Source: Mobula hypostoma
Taxonomy: Eukaryota
Direction of reading: 5' to 3'
Assembly: GCF_963921235.1 (NCBI RefSeq)
Contig: NC_086097.1
Span: 119,476,001 to 119,540,000, forward strand
DNA length: 64,000 nt
The notes beneath the pieces are model-generated. The model was not told the origin of the DNA, did not search any database, and was given only the letters and a program-made list of their open reading frames with translations. Within the stretch, counting starts at the first letter, position 1, and every line of letters begins with the position of its first letter. Position numbers and translations under genes: made by a program. Shown one piece after another: positions 38,565-50,580 of this stretch.

Positions 38565-38960
38565 GTCTGTACTCGATGAAGTTTAGAATAGTGAGGAGAG
38601 GATCTCACTGAAATCTTTCAGATATTGAATGGCCTACATTGAGTGGATGTGGAGAGGATGTATCCTATCGTGGGGGAGTCTGGAATCAGATGGCACAGCC
38701 TCAAAATAGAAGGAAGTCCTTTTCGAATAGAGGGTGATGTATCTATGTAATTCTTTGCCACAGACAGTTGTGGAGGACAAGCCACTGGGTATATTTAAAG
38801 AGGAGGTCAATAGGTTCTTAATTAGTTAGGGTGTCAAAGATTACAGGGAATTGGCAGGAGAATGGGATTGAGAGGGATAATAATTCAGCCATGATGGAAT
38901 GGCGGACCAGACTCAAAGGCCCAAATAGCCTAATTATGTCCTAAGTCTTATGGGTCTTAT
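38565..38960 (+). mobile_element. CR1 3' fragment within a larger repeat (38467-39170) that splits the EBLG
   Basis: SLYSMKFRIVRRGS.., GHSLKIEG remnants and CR1 3' UTR. Confidence 0.8.
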
Positions 38961-39708
38961 GTGCCGGGAGCAGCCTGCAACAGTTGCCATCTATTCTGAA
39001 GCCAACATAGAAGGCCCACCCACAATGCTTAGCAGAGCAAAACAGAACATATCAAACAACAAGCAACAATAGTGAAAAGAGCCCAATTCCTTCCTCCCAC
39101 CCACCCATCCACACACATACACAGTCCTCTAGCCCCGGGATATGAATTTCTGGCCTCCAGCCTCATTTTTTAGAAGTGAATTTTGCCAGGTACCTTTGGC
39201 AAATAGCACTGCTTTGAAGGATGAACCTTGGGAGATAAGGGCTACTTATGTAGCTTCAGGCACTTGAACAGTATCACAGTAAAATCTACAATACAATCAG
39301 AATAGAAGAGTGACATATTCTGTTGGTCTTTTTGAGGATGAGATTTCCCAGTTCCATTGATGCAGGGATGCATTTCAATTCACAACAAACAAATGCACGA
39401 CTTTCTGTAATCACTTACTAGCTGCTGTACAACCTGACCAACAAGCAGCTGAACAGCATGAGTACAACTTGGTGGAGATGCAGGCAAGATCAGCGTAAGC
39501 AGGTGAAGAATAATGAGCTAAGGAGAAAGTGGCACCTCGAGGTCTAGAAGAAGATGATTATGGCTGGCCATAGGATGGAAGCCAGATGTGTTGTTGAGGA
39601 GCATTGCTGTGACAACAAAAAGGATTTCCTGAAATGATCGTTAACTCAGAAAAAAGCTCTACCTCTGGCCATGTATCATTATTTAATGTCTTACATTGCA
39701 GGGGAATC

Positions 39709-40188
39709 TACACTCAGTGTGGCCACTTTATTAGCTGTTTGTGGTCTTCTGTTGCTTTAGCCCATCCACTTCAAGGTTCATTATGTTGTGCTCTTCTGCC
39801 CACCACTGTCCTAACACGTGACTGAGTTACTGCCGCCTTCCTGTCTTGAACCAGTCTGGACATTCTCTGCTAACCTTTCTCATTGACCAGATGTTTTCAC
39901 CCACAGAACTGCTGATAACTAGATGTTTTCTGCTTTCCATGCTGTTCCCCGTAACCTGCAGAGATAGTTGTGCGTGAATGTCCCAGGAGATTAGCAGTTT
40001 CTGAGATACTCAAACCAACCCATCCGGTACCAGCAATCATTTCATGGTCAAAGTCATTTCTTCCCCATTCTGATTTGGTCTGTACAACAACTGAACATCT
40101 TGAACATGTCTGCACTCTCTTATGCATTGAGCTGCTGCCACATGATTAGGTACTTGTATTAATGAGCAGGTGTACAGGGCCACTAAGT
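39709..40188. mobile_element. Tc1/mariner-derived MITE
   Basis: TA-CACTCAGTG(T)GGCCACTTTATTAG left end and GGCCACTAAGTA-TA right end; followed by a reversed Rex1 tail to ~40396. Confidence 0.7.
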
Positions 40189-40613
40189 ATATGTTATCAT
40201 ATACTACTTTGAGATTCATTTTATTGCAGGCACTTACAAGAAGACAAAGAAGTACAATAGAACTAATGAAGAATTGTATATAAACAAAGACTGACAAACA
40301 ACCAATGTGCAAAAGAAGACAAATAGTGCAAAAAAATTACTGAGAACATGAGCCGCAGATTCAACAAACGTGAGTCTGCAGGTTGTAGAATCAGTTCAAT
40401 CACTTATAGACTATTCCATAAACATCCCAACTCTGCTCTTGCAGAACTTCTTGCATGATTTGAAGTATACGAGAGCAGCAGTAAAATGTATCAGCTCATT
40501 GAGTTACTTGATAAGTTCCGTGATAGGCTCATGGTAATTGATTCATAGCATCTGTAGTTGATGAACAGTGAGAGATGTTCATGTGCATAATCTCAAGAGG
40601 ATAAGATTCTATT

Positions 40614-40880
40614 ATGAGGAATAATCTCATAGTGGTTATTCAACCAATGATGAAGGTGGCCGGGGTCAGAGAGTTGGTTTCAGTCATTGATCACATTGAT
40701 ATCAGACCAAAATCCAATGATCGAGGTTCTATTTCACTCTCACCAATTAATACTTTGTTAAGAGTAACAAAGTAACTCTCCGGACTCAGGATGGAACCCT
40801 GGGTTACAGATCTGCTCCGAACTATCAGAATCAAATTTAATCATTTGCAGTGCCTCTGTGGTAGATGCTAGAGTGCAACT
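40614..40880 (+). pseudogene. Endogenous bornavirus-like matrix (EBLM) relic, 3'-truncated by CR1
   Basis: ATG at 40614 lies just upstream of the G stop (40622-24); MRNNLIVVIQPMMKVAGVRELVSVIDHI resembles BoDV-1 M MNSKHSYVELKDKVIVPGWPTLMLEIDFV as recalled; about 85 codons with two stops. Confidence 0.6.
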
Positions 40881-41300
40881 ATTCACAATACACTGTACAT
40901 TAACAATCTGGAAGAGAGGACCAAGTGCAGTTTATCGAAGTTTGCTGATGACACTGACCTGAGAGGAAAAGCAAATTTTGCAAAGATTGTGGAGAGTCTG
41001 CAGAGAGACATAGCTAAGTGAAGTGAGTGGGCAAGGCTCAGGTAGATGGAGTGTAATGTTGGTAAATGTGAGATCACCCACATGGGAAGGAAAAATAGAT
41101 CAGATTATTATTTAAATGTTGAAAGATTGCAGCATACTGTTGAGCAGAGGGACTTGGGAGTGCTTTGCTTGAATATCATAAGGTCGGTTTGTAGGTACAA
41201 CAGGTTATCAAAAAAGTAAAGGATATGTTGGCCTTCATTACCTGAAGGATTGAATTTAACAGTAGGGAGGTTATGCCGCAACTGTACCGGGTAGTGATGA

Positions 41301-41884
41301 TGTCATAATAAGTGGTCGTTTTACAAAAAAAGGAAGTATTTTTCCCCAGTTAGTATGTGGATTATATTTTTTCAAGAATGCAATGTTCCTTGGACTGCTT
41401 AATTTGTATTTATAATTGTTTGTCTTTGGGCTAGCTCTGGTGTTTTACTTTGTGCTGCAGGTGTCTCATTTGGTATCATGGGGATGGTTAAGCCCTCTTT
41501 GTATTTATCACTTTTATTCAATTTGGTGTAACTGAATTACCACATGATTTTCAAAGTCCTGCATTGGAGTTATTGCCTTTGGGTATTCTTGCTTCATTTG
41601 GACACCAGGGCTGTCTGATTGGTCCTAAATTCCTACGTGCTGCAGGACATATTTGAGGGAGCTTGCAAATCCCTCTTTGCTCAGTCATTGTGGATCCTTG
41701 TCTGGTGAAACTCTGCCCAAGTTCTTCTGTATATTATTAGTGATTTCAGTTCTTCAAGATTCTGTATAATTTTCTGTAGTCATTGTTAGTTTTGCTGCTT
41801 AATTTCTGTAATAAATCTTTTGTTTTGTTTGAATTATTGACGTCTCTGGGATTCCTGTACTTGAGTTAGCTAGTGATCCTGAAA
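41301..41884 (+). mobile_element. Probable solo LTR
   Basis: TGTCA...TGAAA ends; AATAAA at ~41810; imperfect 5-bp TSD gatga/gataa; interrupts CR1 coding sequence. Confidence 0.6.
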
Positions 41885-42469
41885 GATAAGGCCACATCTG
41901 GAGCACTGCATGCATTTCTGGTCTCCATACTTGTGGAAGGACATACTGGGTTTGGAGGAGTGAAAAAGATGCTCACCAAGTTAATTCTGGAGATGAGGGA
42001 GCAAACTTATATGTGGAGATTGAGTCATCTTGGACTGTATTTGCTGGAATTCACAAATATTCTTGTGAACAGGTTTGGGCCTCTTAACTTAGAAAGGATG
42101 TGCTGAAACTGGGGAGGTTTCAAAGGAGGTTCATGAAAATTGAATGGCTTGTCATATGAGGAGCGTTTGATGGCTCTAGCCCTGTATTCACTGGAATTCA
42201 GAAGTATGAGAAGTGACCACGTTGATACTTATTGAACCATGAAAGGCCTTGATAGACTGGATGTGGAGAAAATGTTTCCTTTGCTGGGAGATTCTATGAC
42301 CAGAGGACACAGCCTCAGAACAAAGGAACGTCCTTTTAGAACAGAGATGAGGAGGATTTCTTTAGCCAGAGAGTGGTGAATCTGTGAAATTCTTTGCCAC
42401 AGGCTGCTGTGGAGGTGAGGTTTTTATGTATATTTAAGGCAGAGGTTGATCGATTCTTGATTGTCAAGA

Positions 42470-43522
42470 TATGAGGGGACAAGCTCTCCTCTACAATCAC
42501 TCTGAGCACTGGTGCCCCACAAGGCTGTGTACTCAGCCCCCTGCTGTACTCACTGTACACCCATGATTGTGTAGCCAAGTTTCCATCAAACTCAATATAT
42601 AAGTTTGCTGATGACACAACAATTGTAGGCTGTATCTCAGGTAATGATGAGTTTGAGTACAGAGAGGAAATTAAGAATCGGGTGGCATGGTGTGAATAAC
42701 CTATCCCTCAATGTCAGCAAGATGAAGGAATTGGTTGTTGACTTCAGAAGGAGTAGCGGACCGCACGACCCAATTTACATTGGTGGTGCGCAAGTGGAAC
42801 AGGTCAAAAGCTTTAAGTTCCTCGGGGTCAATATCACAAATGATCTGACTTGGTCCAACCAAGCAGAGTTCACTGCCAAGAAGGCCCACCAGCGCTTTAC
42901 ATCCTGAGAAAACTAAAGAAATTTGGCCTGTCCCCTAAAACCCTCACTAATTTTTATAGATGCACCGTAGAAAGCATTCTTCTAGGGTGCATCACAACCT
43001 GGTATGGAAGTTGTCCTGTCCAAGACCAAAAGAAGCTGCAGAAGATCGTGAATACGGCGCAGCACATCGCACAAACCAATCTTCTGTCCGTGGACTCACT
43101 TTACACCGCACACTGTTGGAGCAGTGCTGCCAGGATAATCAAGGACACGACTCACCCAGCCAACACACTTTTCGTCCCTCTTCCCTCCGGAAGAAGGTTC
43201 AGGAGCTTGAAGACTCGTACGGCCAGATTTTGGAACAGCTTCTTTCCAACTCTGATAAGACTGCTGAACGGATCCTGACCCAGATCTGGGCTGTACCCTC
43301 CAAATATCCGGACCTACCTCTCGGTTTTTTTGCACTACCTTACTTCCCATTTTCCTATTTTCTATTTATGTTTTAACTTTTTAATGTTTACTAATTTTAA
43401 CTATTTTTAATATTTTAGTATTTAATATTTGTAATCCAGCGAGTGTGAAGCACAGAATCAAATATCGCTGTGATGATTGTACGTTCTAGTACCAATTGTT
43501 TGGCGACAATAAAGTATAAAGT
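42470..43522 (+). mobile_element. Rex1/Babar LINE, 5'-truncated
   Basis: TLSTGAPQGCVLSPLLYSLYTHDC, KFADDT, LTNFYRCTVESIL, ARFWNSFFP..IRLLN; (AAAGTAT) tail. Confidence 0.95.
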
Positions 43523-44037
43523 ATGTTGGGAGAAAGCAGGAGATTGGGGCTGAAAAAAAAATGAATCAGCCATGATGAAATGGCAGAGCAGTAGAGATGG
43601 GCCAAATGGCCTAATTCTGCTCATATATCTGATGGTCTTATGGAAGCTTGTAGATAGACACAGAAAGCTGTTTCCATTGATAGGTGAATCCGGAACTAGG
43701 GTCACAGTCTAGAGATTCAGGGAATAGATTCAAGATAGAAACAAAGAGAAATTGCTGTTCCTAGAGAACATTGAATCTGGAATTCCCTGTCCAGGAGAGT
43801 AGAAGAGGCTATTTCATTAAATACATTTAAGATACAGTGAGATTTTTGCACAGCAGTGTAATTAAGGATTATGAAGAAAAGGCCGATCGGTGGAGCTACC
43901 AGATAAGCCATTGAATGATGGAACATTCTCGATGGGCCAGATGGTCTCCTCTTGCTCCTGTTTTTCATTTTCTTATGTGACAAATTCTGTTTCTTAGTCT
44001 GTCACGCCCTCAGGTGAGTGGGCAGACAAAGGCATAC

Positions 44038-44545
44038 AGATCAGTGAGCTGCTGTCAGTCAAACCATAAACCAGAGGCGGTTGATGAATCCTGTTTCATA
44101 AGTTTCTTCAGATGTCCCCAGACAGTAAGCTCTCTAGTTGTTCTGAGTAGCGCTTGGGCAATTCTGACCCCAGATGGTCAATCTTTGTTCCTGGAGAACA
44201 GTATTCTACTTGCAGATAGCATCTCTCTATTCAAAGGGGACAGCAGGCTATGAACAAAAATACTTGCATTACGACTATAGGTTGAACAAATAACCTTCCT
44301 TGTGAGTAACGACAAGATCCCTGTTAACGCGAGTATAGCTTTGATAAGAAATATAACACAACCCAAAAATGACTCTCATTACCTGATACAATTCAGAGGT
44401 TGGTAATGTACTGTGGAACTTTATATGATGCTGATATATTCATTGGGCTTCTTTCTTCGGTATCAACCCCACGAGTCAAGATTCAACATTCTTAGCGTTC
44501 TTTGAGAAATTGGCAGTAATTGTCTCATTGCATTGCAACAGGTAA
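44038..44545 (-). pseudogene. Two pseudo-exons (44545-44383 and 44247-44038)
   Basis: 163 nt and 210 nt; canonical splice sites; 135-nt intron; YLLQCNETITANFSK...SELYQ|PAVPFE*RDAICK...YETGFINRLWFMV. Confidence 0.72.
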
Positions 44546-44794
44546 CTACAAGCATGTTAGTAGGAGCTTCAGATTTTTGATTCAGTAACAATGAGAGCGT
44601 AAGAATATTTCTCCTTATCTGGAAGGGATATGATTTGGTGGAAATTTGAATGAAATCCGTTTAAAGTCACTACATTGTATTTTGTATTGTGGAGCACCAG
44701 TTCTTAGCATTCATATCAAATACACAAATAATAAGATAATCCAATTCTCTCAGGGCCACAGGCCTATGTAATCAATTTATTATTTCTATACCTA

Positions 44795-45990
44795 TGAAGG
44801 TAGAACAGTGGATGCAGTGTATAAGGACCAGTAAAGCATTTGTTAAGGTTCCCCATGCAGGGCTCCTTCAGAAAGTAAGGAGGCATGGGATCCAAGGAGA
44901 CTTTGCTTTGTGGATTCGGAATTGGCGTCTACAAAAGGCAAAGGATGGTTGTAGATGGTTCATATTCCACATGAAGGTCAGTGACTGGTGTTCCGCAGGG
45001 ATCTGTTCTGGGATACCCTACTCATTGTGATTTTAATAAATGACCTGGATGAAGAAGTAGAAGGGGGGGGGGGATTAGTAAGTTTGCTGATGACACAAAG
45101 GTTGGGGGTGTTGTGGATAGTCTGGAGGGTTGTCAGAGGTTACAGCGGGTCGGTGATAGGTTGCAGAACTGGGCTGAGAAGTAGCAGATGGACTTCAACC
45201 CAGATAAGTGTGAAGTGGTTCATTTTGGTAGGTCCAATTTGAAGACAGAATATAATATAAATGGTAAGACGGTTGCAGGTGTGGAGGATCTGAGAGATCT
45301 TGGGGTCTGTGTTGATAGGACACTCAAAGGTGCTGTACAGGTTGACAGTGTTGTAAAGAAGGTGTATGGTGTGTTGGCATTCATCAACCATGGGGTTGAG
45401 TTCAAGAGCCATGAGGTAATGTTATAGCTATATATAAGAACTTGGTCAGACTCCACTTGGAGTATTGTGTTCAGTTCTGGTCACCTCACTACAGGAAGGA
45501 TGTGGATACTATAGAGAGAGTGCAGAAGAGATTTACAAGGATGTTGCCCGGATTGGATTGCTTACCTTATGAGAATAGGTTGAGTGTACTTGGCCTTTTC
45601 TCCTTGGAGTGATGGAGGACAAGAGGTGACCTGATAGAAGTGTATAAGATGATGAGGTGCATTGATCGTGTGGATAGCCAGAGCTGAAATCGCTAACGTG
45701 AGGGGGCATATTTTTAAGGTGCTTGGAAATAGGTACCAAGGGGATGACAAGGGTAAGTTTTTCACACAGAGAGTGGTGGCTGCATGGAATGCACTACTGG
45801 TGGTGATGGTGGTAGCAGATACAATAGGGTCTTTTAAGACCCTCTTAGATAGGTACATGGAGCTTAGAAAAATAGAAGGCTATGTGCCAGGGAAATTCTA
45901 GGAAGTCTCTGGTATAGGTTACATGGTTGGCACAACATTGTGGGCAGAGGGTACTGTAATGTACTGTAAATTTCTGTGTTCTATGTTCTA
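44795..45990 (+). mobile_element. Degenerate CR1 LINE, 3' part
   Basis: KAFVKVPHA, FNPDKCEVVHFG, FFTQRVVAAWNAL and TTCTATG tail. Confidence 0.92.
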
Positions 45991-46104
45991 AAGCGATGAC
46001 CACTTGCCCAGCATATACAAACCTTCTACCACCTCTAAGAGAAGTTTAAAACATTACTTCAGTATTTCATTTTCAGTTTCTTAAAGATTCACACAGTTTG
46101 AATG

Positions 46105-49100
46105 TATTTCATTAATGCCTCCTCACTGACAACTAATACTGGTACACCTCAAGGATGTGTGCTTAGCCCACTGCTCTACTCTCTCTACATCCACAACTCT
46201 TTGGCTAGACACAGCTCAAATGCCATCTGTAACTTTGCTGACAACACTACTACTGAGGAGATGTACAGGAGTGAAATGGATCAGATGGTTGGGTGGTTTC
46301 ACAGCAACAACCTCACACTCAACATCAGTAAGGCCAAGGAACTGATTGTGGACTTCAGGAAGGGTAATGAGGGAACACACACCAGTCCTCATCGAGAGAT
46401 CAGAAGTGGAAAGAGAGAGTAGTTTCAAATTTCTGGACATCAACATCTCTGAAGATCTATCTTCATAGAAACCACAGAAACCATAGAAAAACTACAGCAC
46501 AGAAACAGGCCTTTTGGCCCTTCTGGGCTGTGCCGAACCATTTTCTGCCTCGTCCCACTGACCTGCACACGGACCTCATCTCTCCATACACCTCCCATTC
46601 ATGTATCTGTCCAATTTATTCTTAAATGTTAAAAAAGAACCCACATTTACCACCTCGTCTGGCAGCTCATTCCACACTCACACCACTCTCTGTGTGAAGA
46701 AGCACCCCCTAATGTTCCCTTTAAACTTTTCCCCCCTCACCCTTAACCCATGTCCTCTGTTTTTTTTTTCTCCCCTTGGCTCAGTGGAAAAAAGCCTGCT
46801 TGCATTCACTCTATCTATACCCATCATAATTTTATATACCTCTATCAAATCTCCCCTCATTCTTCTACACTCCAGGGAATAAAGTCCTAACCTATTCAAC
46901 CTTTCTCTGTGACTGAGTTTCTCAAGTCCTGGCAATATCCTTGTAAACCTTCTCTGCACTCTTTCAACCTTATTTATATCCTTCCTGTAACTTGGTGACC
47001 AAAACTGAACACAATACTCCAGATTCGGCCTCACCAATGCCTTATACAACCTCATCATAACATTCCAGCTCTTATACTCGATACTTTGATCAATAAAGGC
47101 CAATGTACCAAAAGCTCTTTTTACGACCCTATCTACCTGTGACGCCACTTTTAGGGAATTTTGTATCTGTATTCCCAGATCCCTCTGCTCTACTGCACCC
47201 CTCAGTGCCTTACCATTAACCCTGTATTATCTACCTTGGTTTGTCCTTCCAACATGCAATACCTCACACTTGTCTGTATTAAACTCCATCTGCCATTTTT
47301 CAGCCCATTTTTCCAGCTGGTCCAAGTCCCTCTGTAGGCTCTGAAAACCTTTCTCACTGTCTACTACATCTCCAATCTTTGTATTATCAGCAAATTTGCT
47401 GATCCAATTTACCACATTATTATCCAGATCATTGATATAGATGACAAATAACAATGGACCCAGCACTGATCCCTGTGGCACACCACTAGTCACAGGCCTC
47501 CAATCGGAGAAGCAATTCTTTACTACCACTCTTTAGCTTCTTCCATTGTGCCAATGTCTAATCCAATTTACCACCTCTCCATGTATACCTAGCGACTGAA
47601 TTTTCCTGACTAACCTCCCTTGCGGGACCTTGTCAAGGGCCTTACTGAAGTCCATGTAGACAACATCCACTGCCTTCCCTTCATCCACTTTCCTGGTAAC
47701 CTCCTCGAAGAACTCCAATAGATTGGTCAAACATGACCTACCACGCACAAAGCCATGTTGACTCTCCCTAATAAGTCCCTGTCTATCCAAATGCTTGTAG
47801 ATTCTGTCTCTTAGTACACCCTCCAATAACTTACCTACTTCCGACGTCAAACTTACCGGCCTATAATTTCCCAGATTACTTTTCGATCCTTTTTTAAACA
47901 ACGGAACAACATGAGCCACTCTCCAATCCTCCGGCACCTCACCTGTAGACAGTGACATTTTAAATATTTCTGCCAGGGCCCCTGCAATTTCAACACTAGT
48001 CTCCTTCAAGGTCTGAGGGAACACCCTGTCAGGTACCGGGGATTTATCCACTTTAATTTTCCTCAAGACAGCAAGCACCTCCTCCTTTTCAATCTGTACA
48101 GTTTCCATGATCTCACTACTCATTTCCCTTAATTCCATAGACTTCATGCCAATTTCCTCAGTAAATACAGACACAAAAAACCTATTTAAGATCTCCCCCA
48201 TTTCCTTTGGTTCCGCACATAGCCGACCACTCTGATCTTCAAGCGGACCAATTTTATCCCTTACAATCCTTTTGCTTTTAATATACCTGTGAAAGCTCTT
48301 TGGATTATCCTTCACTTTGACTGCCAAGGCAACGTCATGTCTTCTTTTAGCCCTCCTGATTTCTTTCTTAAGTATTTTCTTGCACTTTTTATACTCCTCA
48401 TGCACCTTATTTACTCCCTGTTTCCTATACATGTCATACAACTCCCTCTTCTTCTTTATCAGAGTTGCAATATCCCTTGAGAACCAAGGTTCCTTATTCC
48501 TATTTACTTTGCCTTTAATCCTGACAGGAACATACATACTCTGCACTCTCAAAATTCCTCCTTTGAAGGCTTCCCACCTACCGATCACATCTTTGCCAGA
48601 GAACAACCTGTCCCAATCCGCGCTTTTTACATCCTTTCTCATTTCTTCAAATTTGGCCTTCTTCCAGTTCAGAACCTCAGCCCTAGGACCAGATCTATCC
48701 TTGTCCATGATCAAGTTGAAACTAATGGTGTTATGATCACTGGAACCAAAGTGCTCCCCTACATAGACTTCTGTCACTTGTCCTAACTCGTTTCCTAACA
48801 GGAGATCCAATATTGCATCCCCTCTAGTTGGTCCCTCTATATATTGATGTAGAAAACTTTCCTGAACACATTTTACAAACTCTAAATCGTCTAGACCCCT
48901 AACAGTATGGGAGTCCCAACCAATATATGGAAAATTAAAATCCCTTACCACCACAACTTTATGTTTCCTGCAGTTGCCTGCTATCTCCCTGCAGATTTGC
49001 TCTTCCAATTCTCGTTGACTGTTGGGTGGTCTGTTATACAATCCCACTAATGTGGCCATATCTTTCCTGTTTCTCAGCTCCACCCATAAGGACTCAGTAG

Positions 49101-50580
49101 ACAAGCCCTCTAATCTGTCCTGCCTGAGTACTGCTGTAATATTTTCCCTAACAAGCAATGCTACTCCCCCAGCTTTCATTCCTCTGCCTCGATCACATCT
49201 GAAACATCGGAACCCTGGAATATTAAGCTGCCAGTCCTGCCCCTCCTGTAACCAAGTTTCACTAATTGCTATAACGTCATAATTCCACGTGTCAATCCAC
49301 GCCCTCAACTCATCTGCCTTCCCCGCAAAACTCCTATCATTGAAATATGTACACCTCAGAAGATTTTTACCATCACTCACAACCTTTCTATTCGCAGATT
49401 TGCTTGAACTTTCATTTATTTTCACCCAAGCCACACTGTCAGCTCTGGCACTCTGGTTCCCATCCCCCTGCAAATCTAGTTTAAAGCCTCCCCAATAGCA
49501 CTAACAAGCCTCCCCAATAGCACTAACAAACCTCCCTGAAAGGATATTGGTCCCCCTGTAGTTCAAGTGTAACCCGTCTCTCTTGTACAGGTCCCACCTG
49601 CCCCAGAAGAGGTCCCAATTATCCTGAAATCTGAAAGCCTGCCCCCTACACCAGTTCCTCAGCCACTTGTTCATCCTCCAGAGCATCCTATTCCTACCCT
49701 CACTGGCACGTAACACAGGTAGCAATCCTGAGATTACCAACCTTGAGGTCCTGCTTTTCAACTTCTTACCAAGCTCTCTATACTAACTCTCCAGGACCTC
49801 CTCACTCTTCCTTACTATGTCATTGGTACCGATATGCACCACGACATCTGGCTGATCACCCTCCCACTTCAGAATGTCACGCAAGCGATCAGAGACATCC
49901 TTGACCCTGGCACCCGGGAGGCAACAAACCATCCTGGATTCTCTGTCACGACCACAGAACCTCCTATCTGCACTTCTAACTATCGAGTCCCCTATCACTA
50001 CCGCTCTCCTCTTTTTCCACCCTCCCTTCTGCACTACAGAGCCAGACTCAGTGCCAGAGATCCGGCTACTGCAGCTTGTCCCAGGTAAGTCATCCCCCCC
50101 CCCCCCCAACAGTATCCAATGCGGTATACTTGTTGTTGAGTGGAATGGCCACAGGGGAACCCTGCTCTGCCTGCCCTTTCCCCTTCCCTCGCCTGACAGT
50201 GACCCAATTTCCTCTCCTCTGCTCCTTTGGCGTAACTACCTCCCTGTAGCTACGACCTATAATCTCTTCATTCTCCCGAATGATCCGCAGGTCATCCAGC
50301 TCCTGCTCTAGTTCCCTAACGCGGTTTGTCCGGAGCTGCATCTGGATGCACTTCTTGCAGGTGTAGTTGTCAGGGACACCAGAGGGCTCCCTGACTTCCC
50401 ACATCCTGCAAGAGGAGCATTCCAACATCCTGCCTGGCATTCTCTCTGCTCTAAACAATCCGATTCAGCCAAACATTTTGATGCCTTTTTAAAGAAGGCA
50501 TGGCAGCAGCTATATTTCATTAGGAGTTTGAGGAGGATTGGCATGTTTCCAAAGATACTTACATGTCTCTACAGATGTTT
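46105..50580 (+). mobile_element. Rex1/Babar RT fragment (46105-46463, resuming 50458-50580) split by CR1
   Basis: TNTGTPQGCVLSPLLYSLY..., FKFLDINISEDLS | ...KKAWQQLYFIRSLRRIG. Confidence 0.85.
46464..50457 (-). mobile_element. Near full-length CR1 LINE with ORF1 (zinc finger plus SGNH esterase) and ORF2 (APE-RT)
   Basis: ORF1 CSSC...CKKC, VVIGDSIVR, VVHIGTND, DGLHLN; ORF2 49473-47533 (ISETWL, DFN, SDH), continuing 47529-46678; few lesions; CCATAGAAA tail. Confidence 0.97.

Larger units (their letters stand above)
37505..40624 (+). pseudogene. Endogenous bornavirus-like glycoprotein (EBLG) relic in four pieces: 37505-38128, ~38241-38466, ~39170-39708, 40397-40624
   Basis: Signal-peptide-like MKGSSILRAVPVVSLVKSVAA, then blocks collinear with BoDV-1 G as recalled from memory: CHTLPTE~CHTPTE; CRGHLCLRGESS*DTLAR~CKTYWGFFGSYSADRIINR; RILRETVLLDCAFGT*TAS~EILQSLLLGVFGTGIAS; NLQYNQNRRVTYSVGLFEDEI~[46 protein letters not shown]~IGLPSFAFLNPLGWL..LGGVLYLISLC. 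No introns. Confidence 0.75.
40880..43640 (+). mobile_element. Old CR1 fragments (40880-41300, 41885-42468, 43523-43640) carrying nested insertions
   Basis: SKFADDT.LRGK, YEERLMAL..YSLEFR, QRVVNL and CR1 3' UTR. Confidence 0.85.
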
